A model generated the notes under the pieces. The model had not been told where the DNA came from. It did no database searches and saw only the letters and a list, made by a program, of their open reading frames with translations. Shown in pieces: positions 48,601 to 58,418 of a stretch of DNA of 64,000 nt. Source of the stretch: a virus; the IMG/VR virus record IMGVR_UViG_3300030061_003198, one strand, 5' to 3'. Each line of letters starts with the position of its first letter. Position 1 is the stretch's first letter. The translations under genes and the position numbers were made by a program.

Positions 48601-49758
48601 TCCCGACGACGATTGATAATACATGAATTTTTCGAAATCGTCAAATCCTCCAATTAACTTACTTTTTTTAGAATTATAATCAGCTATATTAGTAGTAGCA
48701 TTACTTCCTGACAACAATGAAACTACAGATGATTGTGAAGTATATAATTCAACTAGTTCTAATTTATATTTAAAATTCTTTAAACGTTCTGTTGCTGAAC
48801 TATAAAATATAAAATTATTAAAATCTGTATAATCAATATTAGGTTTAACTCCATGTAAACTTCCAGAAAAATATGCATCAATTATTTCTTGTGAAGTTTG
48901 TACAGATGAACCTAATAAATCATTCCATGACTTTAAATTTGTTTCAGCTGAAGTATCACTTAATGGAGTATTGGCCTGCCAATTTGGTCCTTGTAAAGGA
49001 ATATAACCTATTTGCGAACTAGGTTCATATAAAACAACATTATCAATATATGGATATTTTAATTCTTCTACAACCCAACATTTGAATTGTTCTTCAATAA
49101 TATCATCAATTGGATCAGCTAATTTAACGTATAAATATTCGCCAATTACTACACTATTAACAAATTTAAAGCATTGATTTCTACTAAAATTTAGCAAATA
49201 AGTTTTAGAAAATCCTGTCAAAGAAGTTTGTTGTACATTATTTATATAGTCATTGATTTGACTTAAAAAGTCTGAATTTTTTTTATCAATAGCTTTTAAA
49301 CGTATTTCTGTACGGTCTGGAGATATTTCGTCAACTTTAAGATATTGTTGATTATAGCTCCCAATACAATTTTTAAAAAAGTTAATAACAAAACGAAATT
49401 GACCTGATGTTATTTGTAATTTTTTAAATTCATCATATAATGGAATGTTAAGCCAATTCGATGGAAAATTAATTGATGTATTTAAATCTGTATCAAAAAA
49501 TGGAGAATTTGGCGGAGACGAATTTGCATCTGGTACATCATATTCACCTGATATCCATGTCTGATCAGAATATACATGTAATTCCATTTGATTGTTATAA
49601 TCATATAATTGAGCTCCTGGTGAAATTGATGGATTAAACTCAATACGATTATTAAGTGGATATGATAATAATGATCTAGATTTTTCTTGTATTCGATTAC
49701 CTGATATAGATTTATCAGCATTTAATATTTCGTCAAGATTTTTATATTGTTTTAACAT
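45619..49758 (-). CDS. Large baseplate wedge protein (P2 gpI/T4 gp7-like region plus LamG)
   Basis: LLYSVAKQFGW...LLKSKGTKRSIQSLLACYG; GELQEFRLW. Confidence 0.7.
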   Translation of the reverse strand: MLKQYKNLDEILNADKSISGNRIQEKSRSLLSYPLNNRIEFNPSISPGAQLYDYNNQMELHVYSDQTWISGEYDVPDANSSPPNSPFFDTDLNTSINFPSNWLNIPLYDEFKKLQITSGQFRFVINFFKNCIGSYNQQYLKVDEISPDRTEIRLKAIDKKNSDFLSQINDYINNVQQTSLTGFSKTYLLNFSRNQCFKFVNSVVIGEYLYVKLADPIDDIIEEQFKCWVVEELKYPYIDNVVLYEPSSQIGYIPLQGPNWQANTPLSDTSAETNLKSWNDLLGSSVQTSQEIIDAYFSGSLHGVKPNIDYTDFNNFIFYSSATERLKNFKYKLELVELYTSQSSVVSLLSGSNATTNIADYNSKKSKLIGGFDDFEKFMYYQSSSGLFSHEIPSIEPNVDFFTGSYITPAPKTNTTYPYTLYSISSSAFETWYDNLIVTSSKYDRENQNAIIKSIPEFIRFDRTNTQLAPFVNMLGQHYDILHTYIKTMTLINSREEHPDLGMPNELLYSVAKQFGWNLSNGNQSKNLWEYTLGTSEAGIPLTGSNSIGKPAVSNQDMTYHIWRRIVNNLPGLLKSKGTKRSIQSLLACYGVPQSLITIKEYGGPRIERAPIYEKLNFDYALDLIRNPAGTVTTTWGADLPPYKRPQAVELRFRTDNVLTNPTMSGVMNLYTINATGSEDIFVDVAFSRGTLGKIRVNGTASAEIECFDGNWVNTVLENSGSELKLTAKKSKYGKIVATVTSSYNHPQQLLDSGSITFGSSSTAGVRLEGELQEFRLWEYPLENMPFENHTKAPGAYDGNTNTYNELIYRLPLNQKINHTTIPTIQGVQPVSSSISSSFRSWTNDSPYSDIEEMYYYDGISIGAGTFDDNKVRLESNNLVGTLDLKTRAERSQFDKSPLDSKKLGVYYSPQTMINEDVIAQLGFTSLDNFIGDPGDQDSNAYPDLIRVAEDYWKKYIDKNDMNAYIKIFSMFDLSFFRQLDQLLPARVDKITGLLIQPNILERSKGTVLPTISNTLDTFSDTIQITKNSLTSSYDVYNGQINRIISASGNDDDQYQAMLTSSSDTKFDGTQYCYPEIIRSGSSWLTVTSSRYCEAVTPYISSSRVSEIYQLLYSETPASSTSTSSFKEFPGNGSTRVNPYEPGTEHDWINPNNITSGGDTFSEVLTTEYSDVLHASSWSWSSLLSISDAGNLLGLEVDVEAKTTTQGYSVPYTASLYSDHSSDINVGENKGVYTPGLVVLWPTTSQSTKTYGGPDDTWGLTSAELYSALTGTNRMSFGFQFYQGLGNSTITVSKVSMKLYYMSGSVSTFIYRDAEIQDFTPAGTANLEYNGCQMTSPDFNIASADTVDGGPVVEIIPANPNTVVVQGGGSGGTFVVGNK

Positions 49759-49761
49759 TTA

Positions 49762-50940
49762 TTATTGTACCCCATAATTTCCTGAGCCAGGATCATTAAT
49801 TACTTGAATATCCCAATGACTTACATCTGCAAGATAATAGCTTTTATATTGTGCACATAATTGAATAAACCATTTATCATAATCAAATGCTTCGTCGATA
49901 TCTATTATATACTCCATATTTAAACTTGTATATGCGCTAGTTGTTGAACTATTTGCTGAAGATTTTTTTATAATATTAGGAGGACATTTTGTATCAAATA
50001 CCATTTGTCCAGCTGGCGAAATATCAAAATTTGCTCTCCAAGCGCCAGGCATCGTTCTTGTAAGAACCATACCATAATAACATCCTTGTCCATATTGTGT
50101 ATTTCCAGAAGAGCTGGCTTGTCCACCAGCTGCTGTAATATAACATTGTATAGTAATATCAAATTTCAATGTTTTATTAGCTTCCCGCAAAGCAATAATC
50201 ATTTCAGGCGTTAATGTAAATGTTCCTTCTTCAAATTGATCTAATCCTTTTTGTGTTTTTATAAATGGAAAACGTGACCAGCCTAATCTAGGCTTAATTC
50301 CTAAATCTCCAAAGTCGGCTACAGTGTCTGTAGTATAATTAAGATCGCCACTATCAAACCAAGCGTTTCTCCAAGCTTCATCATACGTATTATAACTAGA
50401 TGGAATTTCATTATCAAACCATTTCATTGGGGTTGCATTACCACTCGTTGGCGTTTTATTAATAGGGATTCCAATACAAATTCGTTTCCACGTAACTGGC
50501 TGGCCTAATTCATCTATTTGAACTTCGGGTACATATCTAGTATTAAATTCTTCGGTAGGATCGTTTATTCCAATTTCTATATTTAAATTATCAAACCCAA
50601 GATTACTACCATCAGATTTAGATTTAGCTGGAAATTTAAAATAAGTAAATTGTGTTTTTGAAACATCAACCACCGATTTATTTAGTATTCTTTCTATAGA
50701 TGGTTCTATGATTAAATTTTGTGTTGACCCGGGTTGACGAGGCACAGGCTCTAATATAATATTTCCTGCATCATCTCTATTCATTACAAATTTATTATTA
50801 GATTTATATGTTAATCCTTTTTGTATATAAGGCTGTTGGATCTGTTGGTCTAATCCATTTGGTAAAGTTACTGGAACGAATGCCTTCTGGATGCCACCTG
50901 CTTTTATAGAGCCTTTGAAATTTCCTTTTGGGTTTGCCAT
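49762..50940 (-). CDS. Hypothetical baseplate-cluster protein
   Basis: 392 aa ORF in operon. Confidence 0.65.
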   Translation of the reverse strand: MANPKGNFKGSIKAGGIQKAFVPVTLPNGLDQQIQQPYIQKGLTYKSNNKFVMNRDDAGNIILEPVPRQPGSTQNLIIEPSIERILNKSVVDVSKTQFTYFKFPAKSKSDGSNLGFDNLNIEIGINDPTEEFNTRYVPEVQIDELGQPVTWKRICIGIPINKTPTSGNATPMKWFDNEIPSSYNTYDEAWRNAWFDSGDLNYTTDTVADFGDLGIKPRLGWSRFPFIKTQKGLDQFEEGTFTLTPEMIIALREANKTLKFDITIQCYITAAGGQASSSGNTQYGQGCYYGMVLTRTMPGAWRANFDISPAGQMVFDTKCPPNIIKKSSANSSTTSAYTSLNMEYIIDIDEAFDYDKWFIQLCAQYKSYYLADVSHWDIQVINDPGSGNYGVQ

Positions 50941-50947
50941 ATTTTCC

Positions 50948-52111
50948 TTATCTAATTATTTTAAAATAAAACTCATCATCAATAAAATCTTCCATATAAC
51001 CATTTACAATTTTAAATTCTAATCGGTAATAACGTTCTGGCATTAAGCCTGACATATCCATCGTAATAAAATTACTCGTCTCATCACAACTAACTTTTGT
51101 ATAATTACTATCATATGGAATAACAACTTCATCGGTAGCTGCATCTTTAAGCGAATATAATGTTGTATTAGGTAAATATTTAACAGTTGTCATTGGAAAT
51201 TTATTAGTAGGAGACTTTTGTGGATATTTATCTCTTGAATAAATACGTATTTTTGACACAGCTGTATCTTTATATTCTTTTTTTAATTGAGTATATAATG
51301 TATATGAATCTGGATTATATTCAACTAATGACCCAGTATCAAATGTAGATTTATCAAAATACATTGTTAATCTAGGAACATATATAGTATGAGTTTCTCT
51401 ACTAAAAAATCTAACATATCCTGTTATTGAAGTATCAGATTCATTTTGATCAGAAAATTTAAGTAAAAAGCCAAAGTTAGGAATAATTTTACCCCCACTA
51501 CCGCTTATCCACGTTTTAACAGCACCTGTTACATCGATATTTAAATCTGTGGGTCTATATGAAAATGATTCATTTAAATTTAATCCAGGCTGATTTGAAA
51601 ATGATTGTGAGAAAGCAGTAGATCCAAAAACACCAGATCCTGATTGGTATAACCAACTACCCCCTTTTCCTGAGCCTGAAATATATAAACTACTGCCGCT
51701 TATATTTATGTCTTGACTTCCTGAAGTCCAAAAATAAGATCCTGATTTTGGGGTATTCCATGTTACACCATCAATAATTGGAACATTAACTGATTCAAAT
51801 CCTGTACCATTTGTCCACGCATCACCCACAAGATTTGCATCAATTGTATAATTTGCTGATAAATTTTTTGCATGGGTAGTATATAATTGTAACATAAATT
51901 TACAATTTTCAATATTGATATCATATTTTGTCAAAGCAGAATTAACATCTGCCATATCAAACTTTAAAACTGATCTTGATTTTAAGTAATTGCTGCCAGA
52001 TATTGAAGATAATCTTTTTCCAACTTCTAATATTTCATCTAAACCTGTATTATTCTTAGGTAAAGCTTCATATAAAGTTGCGTCTGATTCTGGATATATT
52101 ATTTTAAACAT
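50948..52111 (-). CDS. Structural protein with DNRLRE-like domain
   Basis: DATLYE..NTG...LEVG...RSVLKFD...NFGFLLK...FFSRE...PRL. Confidence 0.65.
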   Translation of the reverse strand: MFKIIYPESDATLYEALPKNNTGLDEILEVGKRLSSISGSNYLKSRSVLKFDMADVNSALTKYDINIENCKFMLQLYTTHAKNLSANYTIDANLVGDAWTNGTGFESVNVPIIDGVTWNTPKSGSYFWTSGSQDINISGSSLYISGSGKGGSWLYQSGSGVFGSTAFSQSFSNQPGLNLNESFSYRPTDLNIDVTGAVKTWISGSGGKIIPNFGFLLKFSDQNESDTSITGYVRFFSRETHTIYVPRLTMYFDKSTFDTGSLVEYNPDSYTLYTQLKKEYKDTAVSKIRIYSRDKYPQKSPTNKFPMTTVKYLPNTTLYSLKDAATDEVVIPYDSNYTKVSCDETSNFITMDMSGLMPERYYRLEFKIVNGYMEDFIDDEFYFKIIR

Positions 52112-52120
52112 TATTTACCT

Positions 52121-54001
52121 TTAATAATTCGTAGTTTTTCCTTTAATATCTTTATCTGGAAATTTAATTTCAAATATAGATGGATCTAGTGATGGATATA
52201 TAATACCTTTTCTTGTAGCTGTTTCTAAATCATATGGATTCTCTGCATAATTTTGTGTTCTGTCAAATAAATTATTAAATTTTATTCCAACAACTGATTG
52301 TACTCCTGTTATATTTCCTAATAAATTCAATACGTCTGCTTTAACAATAGGCTGATTAATTTGCCATTTATCAATATTAAAATATGATCTTACGGCATCA
52401 ATACATGATAGTAAAACTTCATTACTATTATAATTACTTCTTACTGTTATTTCAAAATCTATACCTATATTAATTATAAACGCATCTTTAATATTTACTG
52501 CGTCTGTTAATATTCTATAATAATCTAAATAATTTTTTAAATTTGTTTTAATTGCATCATTAACGGGTGTTAATTGTTTAACATTATTAAATCCTAAAAC
52601 ATATAAATTCATTGCTAATGGATTAGGCACGCGCGTTTCAATTAAATCTTGTTGCATAATTTGATCATCAGGGACAATATATGCTTTTGATACACTTCCA
52701 AATTTAGCTGGCATTGAATAACTACGTATGATATAATCATCTTTAGTTACTAATCGATTCTGTGTTGCAAAATTAGCTAATGCGTTATTTTTTATATCTT
52801 GTAATGTATCTTTAGATTTGGCTCCTGCAGCTGGTTCTGGATTATTTACAGCTAAACTATTTTTTGTAAAATTTGATAAGTCTCTACTAATATTTGAATT
52901 AGGATCATCATTATATTGTACCGAAGCTATTTTTGTTAATTCATTAGCAGGTACATTTTCTGCAACTCCTTTTCCGGTTGTGTACACAACTGTTAACGTT
53001 GTATTAGCCGGTGCTTGACCATATGCTCTAGTATATAAAAAATTAGAAGGATCTATATTAACATCAATTGGTTTTCTAAATCCAGCTAAGCCATTTCCAA
53101 CGTTTGTAGGATTAGGTATAACTTCTTCATCATTGCTATCCGAAACGCCAGCGCCAAATTGTAATTCGAATCGATTATCACTTCGTATTCTTGAAATAAA
53201 TCTTTTTGACGTTTTCCTTAATTTTAATAAGTATGGAGAAGAATCACGGTATGATGCCAATTCAGGATCATTTTCTAACAGATTTGGAACTTCATCAAAC
53301 ATTGTATCTTGAGCTAAATATGGAACTTCACTCCATGTGTCGCCGTCACTATCTGTAACAGATATAATTTCCATTGTATTAGATGGAGATAAAACTACTT
53401 TATCATATGCTACTGGATTCGTAAAAGTAAAAGTTGATGTTTCAATTTTACCTGATCTTGCTGGAACTTGTTTTTTTAATAAATAATAAACTGGTAATTT
53501 TGTAGCATCATCACTTTCAAAAATTGTAACTTCGGTTGGGTCTAATGACGAAGAAAATGTAAAATCAACTAAGTCTGTAGTCCTAAATTCTATATCTCCT
53601 GTCTTTTGTTTAACACGCATACCAGATTTAACTGTTAATGCATAATCCCAATTGGGCCGTACCGCACTACCTGTTCCGGTTGCTGGTATTAATTGAAATA
53701 CATCTAAATTAACATGACCTGGAATAGTATTTTTTGCATTATATCCTAAAGCTTTAGTTAAATCATATATGTTTTTACGTTCTGACGCTTGTTCTAATAA
53801 TGATTCTTTTAAATTATTATCTGAATAATAACTTAATACATCGCCTACATATGATGCCATTTCTAGAAATAACATTCCTGGAGATGACTCATTGAAATCT
53901 GTATATTGGGTTGGAAAATATTGTTTAGTAAAATTAATTAAATTTTTACGAAATTGATTAAAATCTTTTCCTAAATATGATATGTCTTTTTTTACGTCCA
54001 T
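52121..54001 (-). CDS. gp6: Baseplate wedge subunit (T4 gp6 / baseplate J-like)
   Basis: DFNQFRKNL, YTDFN..SPG, YVGDVLSYY, LQFG.G, QNRLVTKDDY. Confidence 0.88.
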   Translation of the reverse strand: MDVKKDISYLGKDFNQFRKNLINFTKQYFPTQYTDFNESSPGMLFLEMASYVGDVLSYYSDNNLKESLLEQASERKNIYDLTKALGYNAKNTIPGHVNLDVFQLIPATGTGSAVRPNWDYALTVKSGMRVKQKTGDIEFRTTDLVDFTFSSSLDPTEVTIFESDDATKLPVYYLLKKQVPARSGKIETSTFTFTNPVAYDKVVLSPSNTMEIISVTDSDGDTWSEVPYLAQDTMFDEVPNLLENDPELASYRDSSPYLLKLRKTSKRFISRIRSDNRFELQFGAGVSDSNDEEVIPNPTNVGNGLAGFRKPIDVNIDPSNFLYTRAYGQAPANTTLTVVYTTGKGVAENVPANELTKIASVQYNDDPNSNISRDLSNFTKNSLAVNNPEPAAGAKSKDTLQDIKNNALANFATQNRLVTKDDYIIRSYSMPAKFGSVSKAYIVPDDQIMQQDLIETRVPNPLAMNLYVLGFNNVKQLTPVNDAIKTNLKNYLDYYRILTDAVNIKDAFIINIGIDFEITVRSNYNSNEVLLSCIDAVRSYFNIDKWQINQPIVKADVLNLLGNITGVQSVVGIKFNNLFDRTQNYAENPYDLETATRKGIIYPSLDPSIFEIKFPDKDIKGKTTNY

Positions 54002-54004
54002 ATA

Positions 54005-54460
54005 TTATGCCTCATTATCTCCAGCCAAGAAAGCTATGCCTTCGTCACTTAATATTATTGTTATACTTTCTTCTGACTCAGTCTGATCTATAGAAAATTT
54101 TAAATTTACATTAATAGATGTTTCTAATGCTGGATCATCTTCGAATGATTTAACAGATAATTCAATAACATTAATATATGGTAACCAATATGCAATTGCA
54201 TCTGATATATCATTTGATATAAACTCCTTTAACTCTGCAGTAGCCGGCTGGAATAAACAAGCAACCAACTCGGTACCAAAGTTTGGAATTAAATATCGTT
54301 CATTTTTTTGAGTTAATAATAGATTTTTTAAGTTACTGATAGCTTGATCCTTTGTAGTATATGAGGAATTAAACGCGCCTTTTCCATTAAATGGAAATGT
54401 TATTCCAATTGCTACATCAGGATTATTCCTAAACTCTGTATTATCTATTTGATATCCCAT
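54005..54460 (-). CDS. gp25: Baseplate wedge subunit (T4 gp25 / GPW family)
   Basis: NLKNLLLTQKNERY..PNFG..L...LF...WLPYI. Confidence 0.88.
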   Translation of the reverse strand: MGYQIDNTEFRNNPDVAIGITFPFNGKGAFNSSYTTKDQAISNLKNLLLTQKNERYLIPNFGTELVACLFQPATAELKEFISNDISDAIAYWLPYINVIELSVKSFEDDPALETSINVNLKFSIDQTESEESITIILSDEGIAFLAGDNEA

Positions 54461-54927
54461 TATCTAGATTTCTTTTTATCAATTGCTTTCATTAATGCAG
54501 AATAATCTCGGGTCATAGCATTTGCAATAGCCGGGTCTTCTACAGCTAGTGTTTGGCCGGTTTCCGCATCTGTAATGCTAGGTTGTGCATTATATACTGT
54601 CTTTCTTTGCATTCCAAAATTCATTGCATCAGCCGATGTCATATTAATATCTTCTGACATCAAAGAAGCATAAGTACTTACTGGATTTTCTTCTCTTATT
54701 TGTTCTGTTTGATTTAAAATATCAGAAAATTTATTTTCTTTAAATATTGCATGCTTTGGTTTAACAACTGGAGGTCTTGCAACTGCAGCAGCTTGTTTAC
54801 CATTCATTTCATTAATTGTTGATTGTAACCCTTCTTGTAAAATATGTGATAATTCTTCTTTAATAACAGACCTAACTTCGTCTTTTACTATTTTTCTTAA
54901 AACCTGAATAAATTTTTTCTGTTCCAT
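54460..54927 (-). CDS. Hypothetical protein
   Basis: 155 aa; IRKIVKxEV-like start and RDYSALMKAIDKK end; TAATG coupling. Confidence 0.7.
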   Translation of the reverse strand: MEQKKFIQVLRKIVKDEVRSVIKEELSHILQEGLQSTINEMNGKQAAAVARPPVVKPKHAIFKENKFSDILNQTEQIREENPVSTYASLMSEDINMTSADAMNFGMQRKTVYNAQPSITDAETGQTLAVEDPAIANAMTRDYSALMKAIDKKKSR

Positions 54928-54944
54928 AATTGTTTTCTTTTTTA

Positions 54945-54953
54945 TATAAATAT
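54945..54953 (-). promoter_or_regulatory. Putative late promoter motif ATATTTATA
   Basis: Recurrent intergenic motif. Confidence 0.6.
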
Positions 54954-54958
54954 TACTA

Positions 54959-55975
54959 TTAATAATTTACGCCCGATGGCCAACCCGAATTAGTTTTAGG
55001 GCCGTATATAATTCTATTTCCTTTATCAATATAATAATCTCCTAACTTTCCTAACTTTAAAGCCGGCGCTCCTTGTCCTTCATATGATTGAGCGGGCGCT
55101 TCTTGTAATGATGCTAATAAATCTTGTTGATTTTTTACTATATCATTAATAGTATCCAATCTACTCTGCAAATCTTCTGCAGAAACATTTATTTCAGAAT
55201 AAAATTCAGTACCCATTGTATCATCACTTACTCTACTTTGTTCACTTCCCCACGCAATACCAGTGCCTGGATCTAATATTCCTTGCCAAATCCAAGTACT
55301 TCCGTCAGTAGCTGTAAATGGACTTTTTGGTGATGGTGGTTGTCCGGTCGGAGAGCCACTCAGGCCTGATCCTTCGATCAAAATCCAACTACCTCCTCCG
55401 CCAGTACCTAAACCAGGTATATTATCATATGATTTTTGATTGATTGCAGATTGTACTTCATTAGAAACATCAAATTCTTTATCTGGACAAGTACTTCCTA
55501 ATTTATTAACAACATCTGCTAATTTAGATGCCATTGCATCAACTCCTCTATTTAAAATTGATGGCAATATATTTAATTGTTCAACAGATTTAATAGCATT
55601 TGCTATCGTCATGTTTTGTACTATCATTAGTTCTGACAATAAAGCTGCTTGTCCTACAATTGGAGTTAAAAATATAGAAGCTTTTATAGCTGCAGCAATT
55701 TTTATTAATAACTTAACAGCGTCAACAATTTTTTGAACAATTGGAAGCATATCTTTTAATTTATTAATTAAAGATAAAACCTTATCTAATTTATCTTGTA
55801 TAGATTGTATCCTAGGATCATCACATTGACAATCATCAGGTAATACTGCTACATCATCTAATAAACTATCTAGATCTTGGAAAGCTTTGTCTAATAGTTT
55901 ATTAATTTCCTCTATTATCATTTGAGCTAATTGTGGCGGTATTTGTGGGATTCTATCTAATGGTGGTGTTAACAT
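54959..55975 (-). CDS. Hypothetical baseplate-cluster protein
   Basis: Coiled coil and hydrophobic helix; C-terminal G.GAP...G..GDYYID....IYGPK motif seen in fibres. Confidence 0.65.
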   Translation of the reverse strand: MLTPPLDRIPQIPPQLAQMIIEEINKLLDKAFQDLDSLLDDVAVLPDDCQCDDPRIQSIQDKLDKVLSLINKLKDMLPIVQKIVDAVKLLIKIAAAIKASIFLTPIVGQAALLSELMIVQNMTIANAIKSVEQLNILPSILNRGVDAMASKLADVVNKLGSTCPDKEFDVSNEVQSAINQKSYDNIPGLGTGGGGSWILIEGSGLSGSPTGQPPSPKSPFTATDGSTWIWQGILDPGTGIAWGSEQSRVSDDTMGTEFYSEINVSAEDLQSRLDTINDIVKNQQDLLASLQEAPAQSYEGQGAPALKLGKLGDYYIDKGNRIIYGPKTNSGWPSGVNY

Positions 55976-55987
55976 AACTTTATTTCC

Positions 55988-56992
55988 TTATTTTTTTATT
56001 TTAACTTGTTCACTTAATAAATTAGCTAGTTCTGATTCAACTAAAGATAATTGTAGATTTGCGCCTGCACTAGGTATTGATAAAGCACCAGCTGGACCAA
56101 TTACTCCAGCTCGCAGCGCAGCTACTAATCTTTGAATTATTTTTTCTAGCTCCCTACCTTTTGGAACAGGGTTAGTTGCAGTATCGTCGCCAATTCGAAT
56201 ATCTTCTTTCGCAGATAATATTATTCTTTTCTTTGCACCTAATATAATGTCATTGGTTTGTGCTGATAATACTATTCTAGATGACATTCCAATTAATTGA
56301 GGTTTATTATATTTTTGTATTCCTTCAACATATGATCCAACAGTAGATGGAAAATTATAATCTGAAATTTTTTGTGTGCTAGTTAAGTATAATATAGAAT
56401 CCGATTCATTAGGCGTTTCAACTACAAAATTTCTATCTTTTTTATTCTTACGACCATTTGATAATATAGTAATAGGATCACCACACTCAGTTCCAGTCCA
56501 AGGAGGATCTATACTATATTTGCCTCCGTGACATGTACTACTTAATCTTAAACTATTGCCCCATCTACCTTCGAATATTGAATCTCCTTGATATGGCTGT
56601 AATGGGGATGTTGGCTTCTCTTCAAATCCAGGCGTATCTTCTACAACTTCTTCTGGTTGTGATATTTCTCCTGTACGAGGCTGTGATATTGTAGGTAATA
56701 TATTATTATTTATACCTGATTGTATAGGATATGGATTAAAATAATACCATTGTATATTTTTGATATCAGCTGTTGAATATTGATCAACTCCTTTAAATAT
56801 TAAAACATGTTCTCCCAATATAGGGATATGTTTGATCATATTACTGGCAGGCCTGCATGGTATTAACTCCGGCCCATCTGGATTATATTCTTGTACATAT
56901 ATTGTATATAGATCTTCTTTATTATCTTGTGTATATGTATTGTCGTAACCAGCCTTTACTTCAGCTATCTTAAATTCTATGTTATTCATCAT
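55988..56992 (-). CDS. Baseplate hub/spike-like protein (gp5-like)
   Basis: OB-like N-term (IPILGEHVLI), LQPYQGDSIFEGRWGNSLRLSS, beta-repeat C-term; start re-called to MMNNIEF. Confidence 0.55.
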   Translation of the reverse strand: MMNNIEFKIAEVKAGYDNTYTQDNKEDLYTIYVQEYNPDGPELIPCRPASNMIKHIPILGEHVLIFKGVDQYSTADIKNIQWYYFNPYPIQSGINNNILPTISQPRTGEISQPEEVVEDTPGFEEKPTSPLQPYQGDSIFEGRWGNSLRLSSTCHGGKYSIDPPWTGTECGDPITILSNGRKNKKDRNFVVETPNESDSILYLTSTQKISDYNFPSTVGSYVEGIQKYNKPQLIGMSSRIVLSAQTNDIILGAKKRIILSAKEDIRIGDDTATNPVPKGRELEKIIQRLVAALRAGVIGPAGALSIPSAGANLQLSLVESELANLLSEQVKIKK

Positions 56993-57416
56993 CGGAATTC
57001 TCCAATGACTTTTTAACATTTTTAATTTTTTCTTTTAGTTCTTTTTCTTCTTCATCAATTTTTTGAATTTCGTCTGATAGTTCATTTTCAAACATATCAT
57101 CAGCAACTTTTAGTAATTGCATTTTTTCGTCTTCACTTAATAATGATGATTCGCCTGTTATAGTTTGAGTAGTAGAAATATATCTTTGTACAATTGCAGT
57201 TAATTTGACCAAATGATCATCATTTTTAACTGCTACATCTAAGTACTCTTTAATTAATGGAACAATTATAGTAGCATCTGATGCATTTCTTATAAGAGGT
57301 TGTAATTGAGATATTAATTGATTTATTTGTCTATCTTTCTTTTTAGAATTATGATAAACATCGGACATTAGGTCAGAAAAAGTCTTTCCTTTAAATAATT
57401 CATCTTTTACGTCCAT
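56982..57416 (-). CDS. Hypothetical helical protein (late)
   Basis: 144 aa ORF downstream of a late motif. Confidence 0.7.
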   Translation of the reverse strand: MDVKDELFKGKTFSDLMSDVYHNSKKKDRQINQLISQLQPLIRNASDATIIVPLIKEYLDVAVKNDDHLVKLTAIVQRYISTTQTITGESSLLSEDEKMQLLKVADDMFENELSDEIQKIDEEEKELKEKIKNVKKSLENSDDE

Positions 57417-57432
57417 AATACATTCCCTTTAA

Positions 57433-57441
57433 TATAAATAT
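57433..57441 (-). promoter_or_regulatory. Putative late promoter motif ATATTTATA
   Basis: Overlaps the TAA of the sigma gene. Confidence 0.6.
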
Positions 57442-58142
57442 TAAAAAGGTAAATTCACGAACTCAGTTTGTTCATATTCTAGGAATTTTTGAGAATATAT
57501 GTTTTTTAACACTTTAATAACGCGCGTAATATTATTTGTCTCTAGTCCGGTACGCTCTCGTATAAAAACATATAACGCTTTTTTATTAAATTGTTCAATA
57601 TGTTCTCTAGTTTCAAATATATGAAGAATAGAATCAGCTACGTGTATATCAGCTCTATTTGTAAATATTGAGTTTAAGTTATTATAACAATGTTCAATAT
57701 AAGCATCCATGAAATATTTTAACGTCTCTCTCATTTCTTCATTATGTATTTCTGTTGTGATATTCCTTTGATCGTCAATATTGACAGGCTCTGCTTTTTT
57801 CTTTAATTTTGCATATCCTTTTTGATTTTCGGCAATTAAATAATTAAATGCAGTTCTTGTATAATAAGAATAAGCCTTACCAGCATTAGGATTAAATTTA
57901 TCTAATCGCATTGTTAAATACGTTGTTAAATCAGTTTGTAAATCTTTAAAAGATGAATCTATATATTCACATTTCATTTTATTAATTAGATTTTCTGATA
58001 ATTTCATAAAAGCTGGAAATATAAATCTTCTGTATATTCTTTCTTTTCTAACTTGATGATCTTCTGATCTATTATATGACGATACTGCACATTCCGTAAT
58101 AGAAGTCCAATATCTATTGCTTTTTTTCTTCTTCCGTCCCAT
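57441..58142 (-). CDS. Phage sigma factor (T4 gp55-like late sigma)
   Basis: FMKLSENLI...DL......LDKFNPNAGKAYSYYTRTAFNYLI, region-2 pattern. Confidence 0.75.
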   Translation of the reverse strand: MGRKKKKSNRYWTSITECAVSSYNRSEDHQVRKERIYRRFIFPAFMKLSENLINKMKCEYIDSSFKDLQTDLTTYLTMRLDKFNPNAGKAYSYYTRTAFNYLIAENQKGYAKLKKKAEPVNIDDQRNITTEIHNEEMRETLKYFMDAYIEHCYNNLNSIFTNRADIHVADSILHIFETREHIEQFNKKALYVFIRERTGLETNNITRVIKVLKNIYSQKFLEYEQTEFVNLPF

Positions 58143-58416
58143 GGAAATCCTTATGTAAATTTGTAATAACTTCTTTTAATAATGAAAATGTCGTTCCTGC
58201 TTCATCATTTTCTTCAAAAGCGCCTATTCGATCGATTCGAGTCATTTCCTGATGTGCTTCTTCAATGCGCGTAAACATATATACAGATAGATCTTCTATT
58301 TCTTTTATATAATCTTCTGTGTCAGCTAATACTCCAGCTAATGTATATGCTCTATATATAAAATATAATAGAGCTAATAAGCTTATTGTTAATAATGATA
58401 CTAATATCCAAATCAT
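58114..58416 (-). CDS. Small membrane-anchored protein
   Basis: N-terminal TM helix; IDRIGAFE.NDE.G.TF. Confidence 0.7.
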   Translation of the reverse strand: MIWILVSLLTISLLALLYFIYRAYTLAGVLADTEDYIKEIEDLSVYMFTRIEEAHQEMTRIDRIGAFEENDEAGTTFSLLKEVITNLHKDFHGTEEEKKQ

Positions 58417-58418
58417 AT

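Noticed and set aside
56982-57416. Terminase small subunit call for the 144-aa helical protein
   Set aside because: Size and helicity fit, but I see no diagnostic motif and it is far from the large subunit; needs HHpred
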